Assembly: GCA_016748015.1 (NCBI GenBank)
Contig: JAAOMT010000778.1
Coordinates: forward strand, 129,176 to 193,175
Direction: 5' to 3'
Origin: Geosiphon pyriformis uo1
Taxonomy: Eukaryota > Fungi > Glomeromycota
Length of the DNA: 64,000 nt
Within the stretch, counting starts at the first letter, position 1, and each line of letters begins with the position of its first letter. Of the stretch, positions 1 through 14,986 are shown piece by piece. The translations under genes and the position numbers were made by a program. A model generated the notes under the pieces. It did not search any database. It saw only the letters and a list, made by a program, of their open reading frames with translations, and was not told the DNA's origin.

Positions 1-2070
<2,070 letters not shown>

Positions 2071-2219
2071 GGTTATGTTAAAAAGAGCGAGTTTTAGTTT
2101 ACTGACACCCGAGCCTTTGACCGAGTCCTTAATTCAGTCCTCAACTTTATACGTCATGTATTACCTAAATTTCATTTATAAATTTGAATTATTATATTAT
2201 ATTATAAATTATTTAGTCT

Positions 2220-4327
2220 TTTAACAATTTGACAGTGTTTTGAATTCAAGAATTCAGACAGTAAAAAAACATAAACAACTATTTTTAGATATTATTAATT
2301 TTAAATATCAATAAACAAAAATTCAACATATTAAAAAATAATATTTTTAAGCAGATTTATGATTTTTAGGTTTAAAAAGTTAATATTTTATTAAAATACT
2401 TAGTATAATTAATTTTTTAAAAAAATAATAAAAATTATGAAAATAATAACATTAATTATTATTTTTAATTAAAACATTTTATATTACTAAATAAAAAAAG
2501 GCTTATTTAATTCAAATAACAAAAATAATATTATATAATTAGTACATATTAAATTAAATTAAAAATAATCGTTAAAAATCTTTTTTGGTTTTTATAATTA
2601 TAATTTAAAAATTACAAAATTATGTTTTTAATCTTAAGTAAAAGTTTTTTATTTAAAGTATTTTTTAAATAAATAAATAAAACTAATTTTAATATTATTA
2701 CTATTATTACACAAAGTTTTAAGATTTTAACAACAAATTAATAACAAAACAACTTTTTTTTTAGTAAATTTTTTTATTTTTGTTTAATAATTAAAAAAAA
2801 ACTTCTTTTTTCTTAAAAATATCATTATTAATTTCTTTAAATACATAAAAATAATGGTTTTTTAATGTTTTTTAAAGCATATTTTTTAATTTAAAGAATA
2901 TTTTTTTTTATAAAAAATAAAATATTGTTTTTTCAATTCTATTAGATTTTGGTTTAATAATTTTGATTATTATTATATAAACAACCAAAAAAAACAAAAT
3001 AACAAAAAACAATTTTTTTAATATTTTTTTATAAAAATAAAGCTGTTTTTTAGGTTTTATTAATTTTATTGTGTTAATATTAATTATAATATTTAATTTT
3101 ATTCTAATTGTAAACAATAATTCTTTTTTTTTAAACAAAAATAATAATATATTTGTTAAATTTAATTTAAATTAATTTTTAATCATATTAGTTAATATAT
3201 AATTTTAATTAATTATATTATTAATTACTTAATTATTAAAATTAAACTAATAAAATAAAATCAAAACATTTTTTTTTTGTTTTTTAAAAATATTATTGGT
3301 TTTAATAATATTTAAACAATTATTAGTTATTAAAGTTTTTTTAAAAAATAATTTTTATTTTAATACATAATAATTTTTTTTTTATTAATTTTTTTAATAA
3401 GTATAATTTAATTATTATTTAATATATAAAAACAAATTAAGTATTTTCAATTAAATATAACTTATATATTTATTATAATCAGTTATTTAAGTTAATTAAA
3501 ATTATATTACATATTTATATATATTATAATATTACTATTTAAATTAAAAAAACAAACATATATTAATTATATAATTTAAAACTTATTGTAAAAATTTTAA
3601 TAATATTTAATATATATATTATATTATTAAAAAATTTATCTAATAAGTTATACAAATTATAAGATATTAATTTAATATTATTAATTAAATTATTTTATTT
3701 TATAATAATTTTATATCTATATAATTATATCTATTTTTGTAATTTATAACTAATTACAATATAAATAGTTAATTTTAAGATAATAGTCTTAATATTTTTA
3801 AAAACTAAAAAAGTTTTTTCAAATCAAACTTTAAAAATAAACTTTTTATAAAAAGCAATATATAAATTATTATTAAGAAAAAAATGTGTAAAATTAAAGC
3901 AAAACACTTATTAATAATTTTATATTATTATTAATATTTAATTTATATGTAAAAATATAATCAAAAACTTTACTTTTTTATAATACAAACACAAAATTTT
4001 TGGATATAAAAACATTTTTTGACTGTTATAAATAATTGTTTATAAACTATTTTTATCAAATAATATACAAATTAATTAAAAATTTGTTAGTAAATTTAAA
4101 TAGCATATAAAAATTAACAATTATTTTATTATTAAATTTAATTTTTTATTAAGCATAATACATTATTTTGTAAATATTATGAATAAAATACCAAGTATTT
4201 TTAGAAACAATAAAACTATTTACTAATAAAAACTTTTTTAAATTAATACAAAAAAACAAAAAAACAGTTTTATTAGTTAAAATATTAACAATATTATATT
4301 TATAATATTAAAATAGTTTTTTATTTT
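2220..4327. other. Extremely AT-rich non-coding tract, probably a hypermutated TE relic
   Basis: Almost no G/C and almost no CpG. Only spurious K/I/N/F-rich ORFs. No family could be assigned. Confidence 0.5.
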
Positions 4328-4475
4328 AAATTAAATAACTTTTTTCTCTCATTCCTTTACAAATCCCAAAAAAGAGTCAAAAGTTTTTTGAAAGAAGTTT
4401 TTTACTATTCAGTACGATAAATCCAAACTGTTTCTGCTTGATTATGAGGCCGTTGTTGGCCCTAATATTGTTGTC

Positions 4476-6263
4476 ATGAAAAAGTCAGTTGAAAGTTCTG
4501 GCTTTGTGGGTGGTTTCAAGACTGTTCTGTCAAGGAAAAAGAGAAGAGGTGGTGTTCTTGAAGACAATACTGGTGGTAAAGAGGGTTCTGCTAAGGTGCA
4601 AAGTGGTCATTCATGGAGTTCGGAGACTGGTGATACCACAGAATCTGACAGTGTTGATATGGAAGAGGAGTGTCTTGTAGAGGAAACAAGTTTCGATTAT
4701 GGTGAAAGTGGTGCACTTGTTGGTGGAGATTTGGATTAAACGCTGAAAGATTCGTGAGTGACAACTAGAAAAGCATTGGGAAAGCCTTTGGGAAAGATCA
4801 ACTTCCTGGATGGCAATGATAATGATGATGTTCTTCTGGATGCCCCTTTGGTGCTTCTCCCTCCTCTTAAGAACCTGGTCAATGTTTCTGTTAGAAAGTC
4901 ATTTGCTTTGGATTTGGATCTGAAAGCAGTAGAAGGAAATTCGGCCCAAGAAAAGCTCAAAAAAATCAGAAGTTTATTTTCAGGAATCAATGGTTTTGGG
5001 AGGGCATCTACCCCCTCAAAATTATTAGGGATCATCAGAGCGACGTTCACTTCCGAATTGGGTCTAATGAAAGCCACTAAAAAGGCTACTGGTGCGAATA
5101 TCATAGTAAATACCAATCTTAAGAGATCGGCTGGTCGCTCAGATTGGGCTGTGGTGTTGAAGAAAATTCCAGTTGGAACATCAGCTGAGGCTGTGCGCAC
5201 TGCGCTCTTTGAGTTTGAGACAATTAAGTCAATTAAGATGCAATTGGTGGGGCTGTGGCAGAAGGCTGTGGTAGAATTTGAGCATTCAGACCACACCGAT
5301 TTGGTCGCAGCAAAGTGGTCAATCTTAATCGAAAAGGATGCTGTACGGGTGGCTAGATCAGATTTGGACAAAGTATCATGGGACACGAGAGATCAGCATA
5401 GAGCGCTGCTCTATACTCTGCCAATGGGAACGACTGCTCATGACATCTGGGATTTTATTGGTTCTGTGGGTGGGAAGATGTGTGTCATTGATCGTCATCC
5501 TATTACGTATGCTAGGGCTAGGTGTGCTGTTATCTGTTTTGATTCTGCTGAATCATTGAATGCCATTGTGGGAACCATGCCAGTGTTGAGGGGTGCCAAT
5601 CTACACTGGTCTTGTCTTGTTTCAGCCAAGTATGCCAAGTGTGGGAAATCAGGTCATACGTCATTGGGCTGTGCAATTGGTGGAAGAGTTTCTTCAGGTT
5701 TGTCTTCGCGTAAAGTCCTGTCGGATACAGATAAAAGCAGATTGGCGGCCATCTATGCCAAGCGATCAGCTCCAGTTGCTTGTCCAGTCTCTTTTGGTGG
5801 TCTCTCTTGGGTAAAGATTGCTAGTGGGTCTTTTTTTCCTTCTTTCTCTGGACAAAATACTTCAGTGGAATTTGGTTCCTCTTCAAAGATAGATCCGTCC
5901 CTGCCAGTTTTGATAAAAGTCAATGATAGGTTTGCTGCTCTTGAGTGCAGTCTTGCCAGCCTCATGGAGCAAGTAGGTAAGCTGGCTAAGAGGTTGGATG
6001 TACTTGGACCAACAGTTTCCCAGCCAAGCTTTAGATGTCAGCTGTTGGTGACCCCTTCATCACAGAATCAAGGGGCGGATGTAGTGATGAGTGAGAGTTT
6101 GGGTGCAGTCACTAGTGGTGAGATTGTTGTGGGAGCAGTGTCTTTCGATGTATCTTTGGTATCCAAGTTGGAAGACAGCATAAAGTGTCTGATAGAAACA
6201 GTTCTGGGACTTTCAGCCAAAGTGGACAGTTTTGGGGTGAGTTCAAATTCCTTTTCTTTTTAA
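4476..6263 (+). pseudogene. LINE ORF1 (two RRM-like domains, degenerate CCHC knuckle, coiled coil)
   Basis: ORFs 4476-4739 and 4758-6263 are one frame broken by TAA/TGA (CAA/CGA-derived). Motifs AVVLKKIPVGT...KAVVEF, ALLYTLPMGTT...CAVICF and (C>Y)AKCGKSGHTSLGC. Confidence 0.85.
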
Positions 6264-9200
6264 TGAACAGTTTGGTTTGGAATTTTGCTACTTGCAATGT
6301 CAAAGGTATAAACAATCTTGTGAAACAGGACGATATCATTCATTGGCATATAGAGAAGAACAATTTAGTTTCTATTTTTACAGAATCAAAGTTAAGAGAG
6401 AAAATTCGCCCCTGGATTGTTAACAAATATGATGGTGTGCGGGTGTTTACCTCTGGTTTGGAATCTGGCTATCTGGGAGCTGGTGTCACTGTCATTATGA
6501 ATTTTTTCTTGGCAAGACATGTGTGCAAAGTGTCAGAGGTGCCTGGTCGGCTCTTGTCCATTAAGTTACTTTTCAAAAATAAACTTTCGGTGTCTATTCT
6601 GGGTCTGTATGCTGGTGCTTCCTCAGCAGTTCGGTTTTCTCAGGCTGGTGAAGTCAACTCTCTCATTGCAAAAGCTGTTAATGAATCTTCCTTCATTGTT
6701 CTCAGTGGCAATTTCAATGAAGATGGTTCTCACAGGTGTGCGAGTTTTAAAAAGTGTCTGGATTTGGGTCTGGTTAATGCCTTGGGTGGAAGCTCCTGTG
6801 GGAAATTGCCGACTTGGTCTAATTCTCAGGGCGTTGCTAAGACAATTAATTTTATGTTTGTTTCTTCAAATCTGGTCAATGCAATTGTGGGTCGCAATGT
6901 GTTTGGCGTTGGGAAATACTTTGATACTGATCATCAGGCTGTCTCAGTGTTAGTGGGTTTGGGTGATCTGCTTGATGTTCAGTTGAATTCTGTTCGCAGA
7001 CAAGCAAATAGGGATTGCTGGAAGTATGATTGCAAAGGTGCAGATGATGTTAAATGGGCCAAATTTAAGGAAGATACGGTGGCAAATGCTGCTGTATTTC
7101 ATGACAATTTTCTTGCAGCCAGGGTTCTCTCAGACTTGGATTTGATGTGGGTTGCTCTCCGTAAAGTGATGTGTCTGTCTGCTGAGGTGGTTTTCAGGAA
7201 AAAGTGGTTTAAGGAATATGATAAAATTTTTAACAAGGATTCATCCAAATTTCACAAGCTGGAGCTCTTGGTGTCTAAGTTAGTTAGAGCATTTCATATT
7301 GATTCTGCTGAGGAGTTTACATCTCTGCTCGACAGGTGGGAAGGTTTGGATTCAGTCAATGCTTCTGCAGTGAAGTCTCTCTTTCTATCAGGTTCCCACT
7401 TCAATGCTATTTGGTCAGTTTTGTATAAGGTCAAAAAGTTTTATCACGCATCCAAAATGTCAGAAGTGGAGCGAGTTAGGGAATCTCAAATCAGGTCAGC
7501 AATAGATAAGAGGATAAAGAGTTTCGAATTGGACAAAAGTCATATTATTAGGAGTGTATTGGAATGTCCTTTTCACAAAGTAACTTTGGATCATCTGGTT
7601 GTTGATGGTGAGTTGGTTTTGGAGCCTGCTCTGGTTAAGGCCAAAGTGGATGCAGTCATGGAGGGATAGACTAGGAAGCGCGATGTAGTTTCTGATGTTA
7701 CTGGTATCTGGAGTTGCCAATATTAGCCTTTAGAATATGTTTTTAACAACGCTTTTTCTGGTGTAATAAGCTTAATTGATTTTGATGAGATGTCTAGTGT
7801 CGTTTTGAACCTGCCTGATGGGAAAGCTGCTGGTCTCTCTAGTATCTCAAATAAGTTGTGGAAACATAGTGACAAATCGGTTTTGGACATGCTTTTAGTG
7901 CTTTTAAATGTTTGCTTGGAGTGTGAATCTGTTCCTGGGCCTTGGAAGAAGGCTTGGGTATCGATGATCCCCAAACCTTATGAATGGAAGAATGTTCTCA
8001 CGAATACCCATCCTATTGCTTTGGTTAAAATGGCTCGCAAAATTCTTTCTAAAGTGCTTTTGGACAGAATTTCTTTGGCTTGTAGTGTTTTTGATGTTCT
8101 GAGGGGAAATAATTTTTCTGTTTTAAAAGGCACAACCACACAGTCTCCCATTTTTGCTATTGGTTCGGTCGTTGAGGATGCTTTAGAGAAGAACTGAGAG
8201 CTGTGGCTGGTCTTGCAAAACATGCAAAAAGCTTATAATTCTGTTGGCTGGGAGCATCTGAGAAAGAGCTTGGTCAGAATAAAAATGTGTGACAAATTCA
8301 TTCAGTTTTTTGGTAGCATCCACAATGATCGGGTCAACAGAGTTATGATGAATTTTGGGTTGACTGATGGATATCGGGTACATGATAGTTTAGATCAAGG
8401 GGAGGTGTTTTCTCCTCTTCTCTGGCGCATATTTTATGATCCCCTTTTGTGTGAGGTCAAGAGACAAAAAAGTGTATGTGGATATAGGTTAGACTCTTGT
8501 TTTGTTGCCAACACTGGCCGCATTGAATCTTGGGCTGGTTTGACTTCTTTCCTTGCTGCTGGTGCTTTCGTCGACGATACAATTTGGATTGGTAGCAGCC
8601 AGGCTGCCACCCAACATATTCTCAATGTTACTAGTGAGTTTTTTCAGGTCAATGACATTTCGATCAATAATGACAAAATGGTGGCCATTTCCATTAATTG
8701 CAAAGTTTCCAGCCCTCGTTTGTTGATCAGTGGTTTGCCTATTTTGATAGCCAAAAGGGGAGAGCCTCATTGGTACCTGGGTATCTTTCTGTCTACTGAA
8801 GGTTTGTCGAAGCCTAGCTTGGCTAAGGCATACTTAGATGTCCAGTTTTTCACCAATCTTGTTCTGAGAAAGGCCATCTCTGATAAGCAGTTCTCGTATT
8901 TGGTGTCAGCGGTTCTTCACTCCATAATTGCCTACAGGACTCAATTTAGTTTTGTTTCTATTAGTGTGTGTGCGAAATGGGACACTTTGATTTGTAAAGG
9001 TTTGAAGTCCAAATCTGGCCTGCCGCTCGACTTTCCCAATGATGCTATTCATCATCCTTCTCTGTACGGGTTGAAATCTTTTGAACAGGTCCAGGCTGAA
9101 AGCAAGTCAGCTGCTGTTGTTTGTTTTGCCAATTCTGTGGGTATTTTGGGCCACCTGTTTGTGCATAGGTCTCATGATTTACAGGTTCTCAACTGGTGCC

Positions 9201-10934
9201 CTCGTCACTCCCTGCTTTTCCCTTCTTATATTAATATCAGTCCTTTGAATAACTTTTTGGCTGGTGTTGTCTGGATTTTTTTGGGTTGCAATCTTTCTCT
9301 GAGTGGTCTCATAACCAAAGCTTTTTGTTTTTAAAAAGGGACCCCAATGTCTATTGTTCTTGACGAGTTAGCTTTTTATAAATGTGTCTCTTCGCTTCGG
9401 CAATATGGAATTGTCTTTGTTGAGCAGCTTTGCGATCGAACTGGTTCTGTTTTCAAATGGAGGACTTTTAAGTGGTGAAAGAGACTGGACCCTTAGGGCC
9501 CGATTCCTGATTGGTTTAATGCTGCTGTTCACTTTTTGTCTGGTTCTGGATCATCTCCCGTTTGTTCTCTTTTGTCACTGAATGTTGACTCATCTGACGT
9601 ACTTGTGTCTTGCGAGTTTGATGTTGTTTGCAATCGCTTATTGGAGATTGATTCCAATTGTCTTTCTTTGTTTACAGATGGTTCTCTGTGTGGGCTGGGT
9701 ACTCTTGGTATAAAGACTGGCACTGCTGTTTTTTTTGAGGACATTGATTTGGGTTTGGGTGTGGAAGTTTCTGGTTTGGTTTCTTCTACCATGATGGAGC
9801 TGCAGGCCATTGCTTTGGCTCTCGAGTGTGTCCCTTCTTCTCATTCGGTTAATCTGTTTTCGGACAGCCAGGCCGCTTTGGATGCATGCAGGTCAGAGTT
9901 AATATTAGGGCGTCCAGATTTCAGGAATCAGTGTTGGGTTGAACACCGCCATATTTCTAATGTCATTTGTCGCAAAAATTTGGATGTTAATTGGATTAAA
10001 GTTAAGGGTCACTCTGGAGTCTTAGGCAATGAGCATGCTGACACTTTGGCTAAGGCTGCAGTGTCTTCTGGTGTGCATCTTCCTCACAAGATCGATGAAC
10101 ATTTTCTCAAGGCTGGAGGTACTGTGGTTTCTGGTAATTCTAGACATTTTGTTTGTGGTGTTTTCTGCTTTATTCACCGTGCACATTGAGAGGTTGGTTC
10201 TGGTTCTCGGGTATTGGTGGACAGCCTGCGTGCTGATGTTGATTGGTCCAGATCGTGTTCGGTGTGGCATCCAGACTCTCATTTGGCCGCTGGCTTCACT
10301 AGTGCTCGTACTGCTGGTTCTCGGACGTATTTTATGAAGGCATTGCATCATCATCTTCCTGTTGCTGTGCATAAGTGACTTTACAATAAGGGGTATCTCA
10401 GTGTGTTGTGTTTGTTCTGTGGCAATGTTGAGATTTCAGATCATGTGTTTTCATGCCCATTCGATGCTGGTGATTGTGCTTGGTTGATGAATGCTCATGC
10501 ATCTGTTTGGGAGATGCATTCAGATTTATCTCACTCGACTTTATGTGTTTCACAGTTCCGATGCTGTTGTTAGTACGGCTATATGTAAGAGCTTTGTATT
10601 CAATAAGTGGTATTGTGAATCTTTTTCTGTTTTCAAGGATGCTAAAACGGCAGCTCAGAATATCGTGGCATTTGTGCGCAAATTCTGTCTTGCATTCCGA
10701 GATGATATTTGGCTGGTACGTGCGAAGCACAGAGCTGTTATGAAAAAGGGTGGCCTGATTCCATGTGATGGTTCTATTCCTGTCTCGATTTCTGGTCTTT
10801 CTTCAGTGCTCTCATCCAGTGTGGTTAGATTGTTGGGTATGGCTGATGCATTTAGTATTGGTTTTGGGTTTCATGAATCTAGTTTATTCTTTTCTGGTGT
10901 AGGTAAATTGGTCTCAGTGCGTATAGGTGTCTAG
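6263..10934 (+). pseudogene. LINE ORF2: APE endonuclease - reverse transcriptase - RNase H - CCHC
   Basis: APE: TCNVKG, FTESKL, G(D>N)FNE, DTDH. RT: IPKP..HPIAL, LQ(D>N)MQKAY(D>N)SV, QGEVFSPLLW, AFVDD. RNase H: FTDGS, ELQAI, FSDSQAAL, KVKGHSGVLGNEHAD. C-terminal CLFC..E..DHVFSC. Multiple premature stops. Confidence 0.92.
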
Positions 10935-11329
10935 TGTTGTCCTGACTAGTCTGAATGGCTGGTCACATGTAGAAAGAGCATGATTCATGCCTAGTTTAAA
11001 TTACTTGTATGATATATTGTACTAGGTAGTGTTTGGACCTCATTCGTTAAAATAAATAAATAAAAAAAAATTAAATAACATAAATAATTTTAGTATAAAT
11101 AATATTTATAATTTGTTTTTTTTTATTCAATAATAATTATAAAAATCTAATATTATTAAAATAAGGCTAAAAATATATTTATTAAGAACAGTTTAATTAT
11201 TAAAATAAATTACAATTGTATAAATTTTAATATATACTTAAAAAAAACTTTAATCAATTTTTTTTGTCAATCTCTTGATCATGACGAGAGTAAAAATTTA
11301 TTGAAGAATTAACAACCTCTTTTTTTCTT

Positions 11330-11953
11330 TTTCTTTCACCTTTTCATAATTATTTCTTCTAATACACCTGTTTTAGTTGTCATAGAACCAGTAGGCTCTT
11401 CTACTGGTGGTTTTGGTTTGGGTTTGGCTGGTTTGGAGACCCACCCACATACTAAAAAGAAATGTGTAAAGAGCATCTACTCTTGTATTACATTATATAA
11501 AAAGCCAAAAAAACCTAATGCTAGTGGTGTTTTGGTCAACTTGTCTATTGGCCCTCTGATATTAGAAGATATTGGTATTTCTGGTAATAAGCCTACTGTA
11601 TTCTGGGGAAGTGAAGTTGGCAGTATTGCTAATAGTATAAGTGATTTCTCAGATATTGAGAATATGGTGAACATAGTTGTCAAAAAAATGAGCTACATTG
11701 AATTAAATGAGAATGACAATATAAATAATGCTATGTTGAGAAAAACTTGCATTTAAATATATGTGTTGGGCAATCCTCTGAAGGCTCCAACATTTGACAT
11801 TATAAGCAATGATAAAAATGTGCTGGGTCTTCTGTCTCCAAAGTTTAATGGTTTCAATCAGCTGCCATCTGTTAAGTCATATGTTCTGAAGAAACATAGC
11901 TTTAAACCAGTCAAATTGTTTGCATTGAATGTTGAGTTGTCTGCTGTGCCTGG
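11330..11953 (+). mobile_element. 5' fragment of a second LINE family (ORF1 N-terminus), cut by LTR element A
   Basis: KLFALNVELSAVPG parallels KSFALDLDLKAVEG of the intact LINE ORF1. Sequence is interrupted exactly at TGTTACA (11954). Confidence 0.65.
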
Positions 11954-14870
11954 TGTTACAGTTTAAGAATTTAGCAAAAGAATCATAAAAATAATATAAA
12001 CTATTCAATCATAATATAGTGCAGTAATAATCTTAGAAAAGTAATGATTAATATAGTAGCAAACACCATCTCGCAATAGTGGCAAGCACCAGTTTACAAT
12101 AGCAGCCAACACCAACTGGTGATAGCAGCAAACACCAGATTGAAATATCAAAAAGAAAGTATTACAATGTGTTTTCTCATAGAACTACAAACATGTATAT
12201 ATACAGTAGCTTAAATATTGAGAAAAGTCAATCAAGTAATAAAAATCATAACTTATCAAGCAATAGATCCAATTTATCCAACAAACTCCACTTTAAATCA
12301 TATCTTTAAATAGTACCTTTAAATTAAATATCCCAAGAAACCTTTAAATCAAAAAGAAATGAAAAAAAATATTTAAAACTGAATTATCACAACCCCAAAG
12401 TAGTAAGAAACTCACTTGTGTTAATTATTGAATGAAACTATCATTCATCAGTTGAATTCCTTGGAAGAATAATTCCTGATCAAGATTATTCACATTGTTA
12501 CTAATTGATAAAAGCTTTATTGTGAGAATTAAGAAAAGTGCTAAAGACTATTAATATTCTGTGTTTCTAGATTAGAGAAACACATCAGGCAATTGCAAAG
12601 ATAGCCTCAGAGAAGACCCCAAACAGTGGGTAGATTTCAGTTCAGCTTCTGAAAAGGAGTACATAAACACACACAACAATCAGGAATTGAGAAATAACTT
12701 ACATTGCAACATTAAAGAGAAAGCCTTCAATATAACAGTAATATTATCACACAAATAGAATTAAGAAATTCACAAAAGACTGATTGCAATTAAAACGGGA
12801 TATCAGCAATTAAATATACCAAGAAAACCATCCCATAACATTTGGTAAACCCTACGAGGAAAGGAAATCAAAAAAAAATAATAATTAACAATAATTCATT
12901 GCTAAAAAGGAAGAAACAAAAGTGGCAACAAAAACCCCTACTCTTACTGTTCTTGAATTCTGTCATGCTATTTACACACAAAATCAAAGTAATCTTGAAT
13001 TACCAGAAGGGTGTTGTCTAGCAGAATTTGCCTTCACTTATTATATCAATGCCAGAATAAATTATCATATAAGAAAGGAAGAAGAACCACACAATGCAAA
13101 ACTTGGATTGTATAGAGAATTATCACAATACACTACAAAGGAAGTAGCAGTAATAGTCGCAACTATTGTCAAAATCTATCAAGAAATTGAGCAATATGCC
13201 AATGAAAATTTTTCAATATCCATAGGAAACACTAAGAAATGCACCAACAAAACCAAAGAAAATTTAGAAACTAATCAGAAAAGTAACCAGCAAAAACTAG
13301 GAACATCTGCTCAAACACCAAAGAAAACTGTTACTCAATCAATAAAGAAACAATGTATTTATTCACCAGAAGATAAATCATACCATTTTTCACCAGAAAA
13401 TAAGATACAAATTCCATTAGAAGCTGCATTATCATTAACATCAATTCCACAAATGCCAAGAACTCTTAGTTATACTGATAAAATTAAACAACATAACTGG
13501 GAAGACATACCAATTACAAGAAGATATTTATCACTATTCCAAAACCCTTTTTTTCAGCCAAAATTTGGAATGGAGTTTGAAAACCATAAAGAGGAGTCTA
13601 AATCGGAATCTGAAAAAGAGACCAGTAAAAAAACAATTATAAGACTGGTCACTGGAACAAGCAGTTAGTCCAGAAACCAAGAAACTTATGATCAAAAGAA
13701 AGAACCAGATATAAGGGAAGCCACTTTTAGGAATGCTCAAAGAAATATCATCCCACCTCTTCTTAGACCAATAAGCCCACCAGCAGAAAACAGTGACAAA
13801 ATGGCCACATCATACATTACAAGACTAACAGATTTCTCAGGAGAGAAAGAAGAAATGGATGTGTACATATGGCTCAGAGAAGCACAAAAAGCCATTCAGG
13901 CAAATAACTGGAACAATCAAAGAGCAATTCAAACATTACCTTTCTTCCTGAAAGGCATAGCCGACTTGTGGTATCAAAGCCTAGAAACAAAACTCACAAG
14001 CTTCGCCAAATTTAAAAATGCACTCTTAGAGTATTTTAGTAATCCAAATGCCATAATTCAACTACAAAACAAATTCAATACTATCAAGCAAAATACTGAT
14101 GAAACTGTTACTCAATACTTTGCTTAATTCAATTGAATTTGCCATCAAATTGAAGCAATTGAACAAGGATACTACACTGATTCTCAGGTTTTAAATCAGT
14201 TTATTAGAGGATTAAAAAGCAGCATTTTAGGAAAAGTATGCCCTGCCCACCCTAATTTCTTATTAGAAGCCGTTACACTTGCCAAAGCTCTTGAATCAGC
14301 TGAGAAAGAAGCTAACCATAGTCAAATGGTTAACATGGTAATGGAAGAAAATAAGACAAAAACATTAAAAAAAAGAGTAATGCAATTAGGGGAGAAACTC
14401 TCTAAGAAAATAGAAAGTTATCTCATCCCAGATCCAAGAAGAAATACATACCAACCACTCCAAAGATACAGCCAGGAAGTCAGCAACAGTCAAAATAATT
14501 ACTTGTTGTGCCAGGAATTCAGAACAGAAATGCATGCCTGCTATTTTTGCAAATGCATAGGACATTTGATTAATCAATGTCGAATGCAAATGATACAGAA
14601 AGCACATGAAAATAATTATTACATGCCACCTCAAATGCCCAGAAACCAGTACATACCAATACCATGCCAATATTTTACCACATATCAAAATCAAGAAACT
14701 TACTAGCAACAGTCCATGATAGCCAACCCAAATTGGTGTCTCAAGCCCCAAAATTAGCCCATGTAGAACCAGAACGTATTGGTCCAGAGAAATCCAAACT
14801 GCGCTAAAACCAGTTAGCAAACCAATCCAAACTACCAAAATTATCAACAAACTTATCTTAATATGGTTAA
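11954..14870 (+). mobile_element. Ty3/Gypsy family A, 3'-truncated: 5' LTR (11954-12840), PBS, gag (~12922-14870)
   Basis: LTR TGTTAC...ATAACA; PBS TGGTAAACCCTACGAGG (12843-12859). Gag capsid motifs FSGEKEE..WL....AIQANNW and FIRGL; knuckle CYFCKCIGHLINQC. No pol or 3' LTR in the window. Confidence 0.85.
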
Positions 14871-14986
14871 TCATCAGGTTAATAACTAGATTAATAATTA
14901 CTATCTAAAAATATGATGGCTAATTATATGACATTAGGAGCTAATACATATGATAACTAATAAAAAGTATGAGTTTCAATTATAAC
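14870..14986 (-). repeat. Fragment (5' end) of a family-B LTR in inverted orientation
   Basis: Reverse complement matches the first ~115 nt of B LTRs (tgttatgattgagacttatactt...tgacctgatc). Confidence 0.75.

Larger units (their letters stand above)
4340..11067 (+). mobile_element. Full-length LINE (non-LTR retrotransposon), inactivated by point mutations
   Basis: ORF1 + ORF2 and an A-rich tail (aaataaataaataaaaaaa, ~11049-11067). Flanked by a 12-bp direct repeat aaattaaataac at 4328-4339 and 11068-11079 (TSD). Confidence 0.9.

Noticed and set aside
2908-3138. Small ORFs in AT-rich tracts (also 16403-16597, 18605-18832, 22295-22528)
   Set aside because: K/I/F/N-rich or repeat-derived translations expected by chance.
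4736-5386. 216-aa antisense ORF in the LINE (and other antisense ORFs over LINE, Gypsy and GCN1)
   Set aside because: These are mirror frames of real coding sequence with no independent motifs.
7667-7726. Stop-codon readthrough or alternative genetic code in TE ORFs
   Set aside because: Stops of all three types sit at Gln/Arg/Trp positions, mostly differ between copies, and are absent from CDC5 and GCN1. They are transition damage.
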